IMG/VR virus record: IMGVR_UViG_3300028805_003982
Length of the DNA: 64,000 bases
Direction: 5' to 3' (one strand)
DNA from: a virus
Taxonomy: Duplodnaviria > Caudoviricetes
The notes beneath the pieces were generated by a model, which had not been told where the DNA came from, did not search any database, and saw only the letters and a program-made list of their open reading frames with translations. A program made the translations under genes and the position numbers. Positions 57,972-64,000 of the stretch are shown here, piece after piece (the stretch's first letter is position 1; every line of letters begins with the position of its first letter).

Positions 57972-58463
57972 ATGTTCAGATCGGCAAGCGGTCAGGAAAT
58001 GACTGTGGACGAGATAATCAATAAGATCGCCCGTTACATAGCATCTGACCCTGAAGCATCTTACGAGTTTACGGTGGGTACGGACAGCCAGAACCACGAC
58101 AGGACAAAGATGGTCGAGGTTATCGCGGTACACCGGAAGGGAAGGGGCGGAATATATTTCTATAACGTCGAGTATGTCCGCCGCATTAACAGTTTAAAGC
58201 AGAAGATCAATGAAGAAACGGCAAGAAGCCTTAACATCGCAAACGGGCTTATCGACAGGCTTGAATTAAGGCTTTATGAAGATAACATTGATCTGACGAC
58301 TTTAGATGTTTCTTTCCAGATCCACTGCGATATAGGGCCTTGCGGCAAGACGTCCATGCTCATCCAGGAGATCGTAGGATGGGTAACAAGCTGCGGCTAT
58401 ATCTGTCTTATCAAGCCTGACAGTTATGCAGCAAGCGGCATTGCCGATAAGCACAGTAAATGA
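57972..58463 (+). CDS. RNase H-like YkuK family protein
   Basis: VGTDSQ, AVHRKGRGG, ET.RS, IHCDIG..GKT, IKPDSYAAS.IAD. Confidence 0.85.
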   Translation: MFRSASGQEMTVDEIINKIARYIASDPEASYEFTVGTDSQNHDRTKMVEVIAVHRKGRGGIYFYNVEYVRRINSLKQKINEETARSLNIANGLIDRLELRLYEDNIDLTTLDVSFQIHCDIGPCGKTSMLIQEIVGWVTSCGYICLIKPDSYAASGIADKHSK

Positions 58464-58502
58464 TACCAGTTCCTTAACTTTATTTGGTTAAGGAGCTTTT
58501 AT

Positions 58503-58577
58503 ACTTCCGTCGTTCAACAGGAAGGACAGCAGTTTCCTAAACTGCCGATCAAGGTTCGAGCCCTTGCGGGAGTGCCA
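58503..58577 (+). tRNA. tRNA-Arg(CCT)
   Basis: Cloverleaf, CCA. Confidence 0.9.
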
Positions 58578-58651
58578 TTTATATACAAAACGACCCTATA
58601 CAGGCGGTTAAAAGGGTCCAAATAAGGTATAATATAAAAAGGAGGAAGGTT

Positions 58652-59017
58652 ATGGACTTTGAGGTATACAAAAGTGCGGTTTGTCAACAAGTCAAAACTC
58701 TGGGCGCACAAGAGTTTATTAAACGCACGCTGATAACGGATGAAATAACTGGGCTCATGGAAGATCGGCAGTATTGCGAAGCGTTGTATTTGTTGGCCAT
58801 GGTGGACTATTTATCCAATAAATTGCAAATCCCTTTATATTCTAAATATGAGTCCTTTCGCAGTGCAAAGCTGGATCACAGAATATATCCTCGTGATATA
58901 GAGTTGTTGTCCCGCTTGTTTCATGACGATTCTCTTAAGCAACATGCATGGGATCAGGCTATTCCTGAATTTAAGAGACATAACATTGTCGAAAGTGAGG
59001 TGGAAGATGTCTGCTAA
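58652..59017 (+). CDS. Putative antitoxin partner of the downstream nucleotidyltransferase
   Basis: EALYLLAMVDY...AIPEFKRHNIVE; overlaps the next gene. Confidence 0.55.
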   Translation: MDFEVYKSAVCQQVKTLGAQEFIKRTLITDEITGLMEDRQYCEALYLLAMVDYLSNKLQIPLYSKYESFRSAKLDHRIYPRDIELLSRLFHDDSLKQHAWDQAIPEFKRHNIVESEVEDVC

Positions 59018-59726
59018 AAAGATGTTAACAAAAGCTGAGTTTGACTTTTATCTCGCTAAGTTAGCTACCCTCCTTAAGAAAGAATACGGCAAAGGCTTTG
59101 AAGGCGAACTAATTGTTGTGGGCGGTGCGGCGATTTTGGCAAACTATCATTTTCGGACTATGTCCGCGGATATAGATGCCATTATTCGGGCAAATGCAAG
59201 AATAAAAGATGCCATAAACAAAATAAGCGATGTGTATGATTTGCCTAGCGATTGGCTTAACTCGGATTTTGTGAAAACAACATCGTTTTCGGGAAAATTG
59301 GCAGAAGTATCTCGATATTATCGTTCATTCTGTAATGGTGTGTTAACAGTCCGAACGGTTAATGCTGAATACTTAATCGCGATGAAATTAAGGTCTTTTC
59401 GACCCTATAAAAAGGATCTTTCTGACATCGTAGGCATTATTGGTGAACATGACAAAGAAGGTAACAGCATAACAATTGAGAGTATTATAAAAGCATACAA
59501 ATACTTATATGACGCCGAGTTGCCAGACAAAGCTCTCTTGTTTTTACAATCCGTGTTTGATAATAATGATATTTTGGGGTTATATCAAAACATAAGTGAA
59601 CAAGAACGAAAAGATAAAATAAAGTTAATCGATTTTGAGAATAAATATCCCGGAGTTCTATCAGAAGACAACTTAGAAGATATTTTGCAAAATCTTAATA
59701 ATCATAATTCGGGCATTGCCGATTAA
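59007..59726 (+). CDS. DUF6036/AbiEii-like nucleotidyltransferase (putative toxin)
   Basis: IVVGGAAI...R.MSADID, WLNSDF, YLIAMKL.S.R..KDLSDI. Confidence 0.75.
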   Translation: MSAKKMLTKAEFDFYLAKLATLLKKEYGKGFEGELIVVGGAAILANYHFRTMSADIDAIIRANARIKDAINKISDVYDLPSDWLNSDFVKTTSFSGKLAEVSRYYRSFCNGVLTVRTVNAEYLIAMKLRSFRPYKKDLSDIVGIIGEHDKEGNSITIESIIKAYKYLYDAELPDKALLFLQSVFDNNDILGLYQNISEQERKDKIKLIDFENKYPGVLSEDNLEDILQNLNNHNSGIAD

Positions 59727-59748
59727 TACATTTTCTCTCTAATTATGT

Positions 59749-59824
59749 GCCCGATTGGCGCAATTGGCAGAGCAACGGTATCGTAAACCGTAGGTTGCGG
59801 GTTCAAATCCCACATCCGGCTCCA
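59749..59824 (+). tRNA. tRNA-Thr(CGT)
   Basis: Cloverleaf with acceptor mismatch, CCA. Confidence 0.75.
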
Positions 59825-59882
59825 CTACCTCAACGGGGCGTCGGTTTTCTTTTAGAGGTCTATACTATAACCGTTATAATAA

Positions 59883-59959
59883 CTCTCGGTGGCGGAATTG
59901 GCATACGCAGCGGACTTAAAATCTGTAAGTTACGGGTTTGACTCCCGTTCGAGAGACCA
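59883..59959 (+). tRNA. tRNA-Leu(TAA), short variable loop
   Basis: Leu D arm, loop CTTAAAA, A-CCA. Confidence 0.8.
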
Positions 59960-59992
59960 AAAATATACAAAATGTCTATGAAAGGAGTTCTT

Positions 59993-60727
59993 ATGAAGGT
60001 TTTGGTAATTCCTGATGTACACTTAAAACCTGTCATGTTTGACAGAGCAGATCAGCTTTTTAAAAGTGAGAATATCGATCGCTGCGTCTGTCTGATGGAT
60101 ATCCCGGATGACTGGAATAAGCAGTTTAATATATCTTTGTATGAGGAAACTTTCAAAGCCGCCATAAAGTTCCAGAAAGACCATCCGGATACTCTCTGGT
60201 GCTGGGGAAATCATGATCTCAGTTATGTTTGGGGGATGTCCGAATCGGGCTATTCCAAGGTTGCAGAATACACTGTCCGTAAATATATCGACAAGCTTCT
60301 CGATATTGTACCCGATGATCAGATAGAGTACATCCATCGTATAGACGATGTTTTGTTCATGCACGGGGGTTTATCAGCGCTCTTTGTTAAGACTCATCTG
60401 GAAGATCTGGGTCTTTATGACGATGTAGATACCATCATAAGCTGGATCAACAGTCTCGGCCCCGAATACATGTGGACAAACGCTTCTCCTATCTGGTATC
60501 GGCCTCAGCTGGACTTTCGAGCTTTATATAAGCAGGATACTCTTTTACAGGTAGTAGGGCACACTCCTGTCAGGAAAGTAAATACCGACACCGTAAGAAA
60601 CTTTATTTCCTGCGATGTGTTTTCCACGGAAAGCAACGGAACCCGGTATGGGGAAGAGAAGTTCCCGGTAATAGACACCAAAAGGAAGAGTTTGTGCAAT
60701 CTGCACGAAATGGAAAGGAATTTATAA
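59993..60727 (+). CDS. Calcineurin-like metallophosphoesterase
   Basis: DVH, MDIPD, GNHD, HGG, GHT motifs. Confidence 0.88.
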   Translation: MKVLVIPDVHLKPVMFDRADQLFKSENIDRCVCLMDIPDDWNKQFNISLYEETFKAAIKFQKDHPDTLWCWGNHDLSYVWGMSESGYSKVAEYTVRKYIDKLLDIVPDDQIEYIHRIDDVLFMHGGLSALFVKTHLEDLGLYDDVDTIISWINSLGPEYMWTNASPIWYRPQLDFRALYKQDTLLQVVGHTPVRKVNTDTVRNFISCDVFSTESNGTRYGEEKFPVIDTKRKSLCNLHEMERNL

Positions 60728-60732
60728 ACAAC

Positions 60733-61581
60733 ATGAACAAACAAGAAAGAATCAGGGTGTTTGAAGATACCAAAAGCCTTTATAATTCAGATCCGTTTTT
60801 ACGGGCGTCCATAGCAGATTCCCGGGAAAAGACCCGGATCATACCGGAGACTGAAAAGATCTTATTTTCCGGAGTTCCTGAGTATTCCGGCCGTGCTGAC
60901 ATAGTAATATCCCGCAAAAGGTCTTTTGAGGCTGCAGAAGCGTACGCCAAGCAGGGTTTGCATGTTGCAGTGCATAATTTTGCATCTGCCACAAATCCCG
61001 GTGGGGGAGTGGTGAACGGCGCGACGGCTCAAGAGGAGTGTTTGTGTCGTTGCTCCACTTTGTATCCCTGTCTTAACGTCAATGATGCTTGGAACAATTT
61101 TTACGGTCCTCACAGAGAAGCGGGCGATCCTCTTCATAACGGCGACATCATTTACACGCCCGGGGTAACCGTCTTCAAAACAGATACCGACATTCCTGTA
61201 TTAATGAAAAGAAACGACTGGTTTAATGTGGACGTAATAACATGTGCAGCGCCCAATCTACGTAATAAGCCTTCCAATCAGTATAATCCTGCGGACGGCA
61301 ACTTTAAAGCTGACATCAGCGAAAGAGAACTTCGTACGATCCATGAGCAGCGGCTTGGCAGGATCTTGTCGGCAGCGCTTGCTGGCAGCTGCGACGTAGT
61401 AATCCTCGGCGCTTTTGGCTGCGGGGCTTTTTGCAATCCGCCGCAAGTCGTAGCCGAAGCTGCTAAAAATGTGATCTCCCGATATCTTGATCATTTTAAG
61501 GTTATCGAGTTTGCTGTTTATTGTCCTCCTGATGATGACAGCAACTTCAGGACTTTCTCAAAGATCCTGAAAACCCGTTAA
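60733..61581 (+). CDS. TIGR02452 family macrodomain (microbial PARG-like ADP-ribose glycohydrolase)
   Basis: NFASATNPGGG..NGATAQEE.LCRCS, TCAAPN, LGAFGCGAF.NPP. Confidence 0.9.
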   Translation: MNKQERIRVFEDTKSLYNSDPFLRASIADSREKTRIIPETEKILFSGVPEYSGRADIVISRKRSFEAAEAYAKQGLHVAVHNFASATNPGGGVVNGATAQEECLCRCSTLYPCLNVNDAWNNFYGPHREAGDPLHNGDIIYTPGVTVFKTDTDIPVLMKRNDWFNVDVITCAAPNLRNKPSNQYNPADGNFKADISERELRTIHEQRLGRILSAALAGSCDVVILGAFGCGAFCNPPQVVAEAAKNVISRYLDHFKVIEFAVYCPPDDDSNFRTFSKILKTR

Positions 61582-61707
61582 CGGATCTTTTCGGCTTTTT
61601 TGTAAACCTGGTTCTAAATCGGCAAAGGGAGGGAATACTATAAAAATACATCTTTGCGGAAAATACAGATTAAACGCAAAAATAGTGCAGATTACAGGAG
61701 ATTTAGC

Positions 61708-62724
61708 ATGAGCGGACACAAAATCACCGAAACCCGTTACATCGACAAAGCCAACAGCTTGATGGAAAAACTTCCCGGTTATGTGAAGAATTACATCAGG
61801 GCGATCCACAACAGGACTTCACCGAGAACTAATTACGAATATGTCAAAGACATCCAGATGTTTTTATCTTACGTCAAAGACAGATATGATCTCGAAGAAG
61901 TTTCTCTTGAGTTTCTTCAGGATCTTCCCAAAAACGTTTATGAAGATTACTTTGAATATCTTGAACATTACGAAAATGATCTCGGCGAAGTTACCAACGG
62001 CCGCAGATCCCTGTCCCGTAAGATGTCAGCCCTGAAGGCTTTCTTCAAGTATCTTTATACCAATGAGTTGATCAATACCTACGAGATCAGCAAGATTCCG
62101 CAGCCCAAGGTTCCCAAGAAAGAGATCATTAAGATGGACAAAGCGGAAACTTCTGATTTCCTTAACGCTGTTAAAGGAAACGCTCCCATGACCAAGAAGC
62201 AGCGCGAATACCACGATCTGCAGGAAAAGCGTGATCTGGCCATTGTTTACCTGATGCTCTCTTCCGGTATCCGCGTTTCCGAGTGCTCTGAGCTGGATCT
62301 GACCGACGTGGATCTTAACAAAGCCTGCGTCTACATCACCCGCAAGGGCGGCAACGAGGCCATCGTTTACTTTTCAGACGAGGCGTCTGCTTACCTGTCC
62401 GATTATATAGACTGGCGTAAATCTTATGAAAAGGTCGATAAAGACGAAAAAGCCCTGTTTTTATCGAGCAGAAACACCCGTTTATCGGTCAGGAGTATCG
62501 AAGTTATAATCAAAAAGTATGCTGCTTCTTCCCTGCCGGGCAAGCACATTACGCCCCATAAACTCCGTGCCACATACGCCACTCAGCTTTATGAGGAGAC
62601 CGGAGACATCTATCTTGTAGCCGAATCCTTGGGCCATAAAGACGTTTCTACTACTAAAAACCACTATGCAAACCTGTCTGATAAGCGTAAGGAGGCTAAC
62701 AGGAACAGGCTGAAATTTGATTAA
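61708..62724 (+). CDS. Tyrosine recombinase (clostridial XerC/XerS-like)
   Basis: SGIRVSE, RKGG, HKLR, LGH, HYA catalytic residues; ATG after AGGAG. Confidence 0.92.
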   Translation: MSGHKITETRYIDKANSLMEKLPGYVKNYIRAIHNRTSPRTNYEYVKDIQMFLSYVKDRYDLEEVSLEFLQDLPKNVYEDYFEYLEHYENDLGEVTNGRRSLSRKMSALKAFFKYLYTNELINTYEISKIPQPKVPKKEIIKMDKAETSDFLNAVKGNAPMTKKQREYHDLQEKRDLAIVYLMLSSGIRVSECSELDLTDVDLNKACVYITRKGGNEAIVYFSDEASAYLSDYIDWRKSYEKVDKDEKALFLSSRNTRLSVRSIEVIIKKYAASSLPGKHITPHKLRATYATQLYEETGDIYLVAESLGHKDVSTTKNHYANLSDKRKEANRNRLKFD

Positions 62725-62766
62725 TTCAGATCTGTTTTAATCAAATGCTGTTATACTATATAATGT

Positions 62767-63044
62767 TACCGGATAGCGGGTGGTCTTTTCGGAGGCCACG
62801 AAGGATGAAAACCTACCTTCCGTCGGGCTGTCGGCAGTAGCAAAACTCCATTCGTGGAAGAAAGCAAACAGCATTTATTAAGTGGCCGGACCGGATTCCT
62901 GTGCCTTGGGGATTTTCCTCCGTGGAATACCTGGGTAGTGTAGGTCACCAACGATAATATCCGGAAGAGGTCCACCACCCGGTACGTTAAGCCGGGGAAC
63001 TCCAGGGATATTCCCTGCCGGCGGAGGTTGTGCTCCGCTTTTTT
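62767..63044 (+). ncRNA. Putative structured ncRNA (about 280 nt) with terminator
   Basis: Promoter TGTTATACT upstream; GC-rich multi-stem region closed by TACCGG/CCGGTA; terminator GCGGAG/CTCCGC-T6. Confidence 0.55.
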
Positions 63045-63167
63045 ATTGTTTTTTATATGAATCATGGGCAAAACAAGGTCTGAAAATCCGTGAAGATGAT
63101 ATAATTAAAAGTGTAGGTTATCTGTTAGAATAACTAACAGTATAATGTTTTTGTGAAAGGTTTTAGT

Positions 63168-63665
63168 ATGAGTGATCTGATAAACAAACTGAATTACAAG
63201 GAAACTTTTATCCTGCAGCTGTTCGGCATCGGTTCTGAACGGTTATTGTTTGCGGACTCTGTTAATGCCTTAAAGAAAGAAGTCGTCAATCAGATCGTTT
63301 TGAGATCCGGCAAAAACTGGGGCGTTACAAACATTTCTATTTTTGCATATCCGAAAGACGATGGTCTGGGAATAGTAAGGAGCATCTTCCTTGAGTGTTC
63401 TTTTGACATCTCCCGTTTAGACGTGTCTGCCAGTTCCGGTGAAGGGGATCTTAAATACTTTGCCGGGCATATTAAGGAGATCGTCGGTAAACGCATTCAT
63501 TCGGAGGTCGGAAGCTCCGTCTGGGCTGCGGCAAAGGTCTGTTCTTCTGAAGGCTCAAAAATGAGCTGTAAACTGGACAGCATCGGGCCGACCGTTGTGA
63601 TCAAAGGGGATTCCGGTATTGATGAAAACATCACCTCTCCCCTTCCCCACATTAATTTTAGTTAA
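63168..63665 (+). CDS. Hypothetical protein
   Basis: ORF downstream of TATAAT promoter. Confidence 0.6.
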   Translation: MSDLINKLNYKETFILQLFGIGSERLLFADSVNALKKEVVNQIVLRSGKNWGVTNISIFAYPKDDGLGIVRSIFLECSFDISRLDVSASSGEGDLKYFAGHIKEIVGKRIHSEVGSSVWAAAKVCSSEGSKMSCKLDSIGPTVVIKGDSGIDENITSPLPHINFS

Positions 63666-63680
63666 CCAACGAGGAATACT

Positions 63681-64000
63681 ATGAAGTTTTATATATCTGA
63701 CACGCATTTTGGCCACAAGAATATCATGAGGTTTGACGGAAGACCTTGGATGGATGTTTCTGCAATGGAAGAAGACATGATCTGTCTTTGGAACAAGGCC
63801 GTCCGTAAATCCGACGAAGTCTATATTTTAGGAGACCTGTGCTGGGGCACTGCAGATGACTGGCGCAAGCTTGTTCCAAAGCTGCACGGTAAGAAGTTCC
63901 TTATTACAGGTAATCACGATCTTAAGCAGATCCCTGAAGATGTCCGTAAGATGTTTGTCGGTATTAGTGGGTATAAGGAGATCCGTGACGGCGATTATAA
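63681..64000 (+). CDS. Calcineurin-like phosphoesterase (3' truncated by window)
   Basis: MKFYISDTHFGHKNI...YILGD...GNHD read from the sequence; RBS GAGG. Confidence 0.85.
   Translation, partial: MKFYISDTHFGHKNIMRFDGRPWMDVSAMEEDMICLWNKAVRKSDEVYILGDLCWGTADDWRKLVPKLHGKKFLITGNHDLKQIPEDVRKMFVGISGYKEIRDGDY

Noticed and set aside
279-63496. Minus-strand ORFs in the track
   Set aside because: Nearly all are antisense shadows of better-supported + strand genes or RNAs and show no recognisable motifs.

Overview
This is a 64 kb segment of a very large mobile element of a Clostridia/Bacillota host, either a jumbo phage or a conjugative megaplasmid. No virion or T4SS genes lie in the window, so the element type cannot be settled. 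Almost all genes are on the + strand. Content: many orphan ORFs; host-like auxiliary genes (stand-alone secY, type IV pilin-like, MFS transporter, EAL phosphodiesterase, CCA-adding enzyme, two RpoD-like sigma factors, ssb, nrdD/nrdG, tyrosine recombinase); and about 44 tRNA genes covering all 20 amino acids, interleaved with unexplained structured RNAs. The most notable locus (43.2-45.5 kb) is a catalytically intact TnpB-like RuvC nuclease with no tnpA or cas1/cas2. It is followed by two tandem modules, each an omegaRNA-like scaffold ending in a short anti-repeat plus its own mini CRISPR array (36-nt repeats, 29-30-nt spacers), which suggests a TnpB-to-Cas12 intermediate with two guide modules. 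Other signals: a shared C-terminal tail ending in small/polar residue + L/M on dozens of unrelated proteins; a transposase-free cassette family (18-bp TIR, 10-bp TSD), one copy of which carries a tRNA-like RNA in the tnpB leader; and several tRNA-scaffolded RNAs. All calls come from reading the sequence by eye; no database searches were run.
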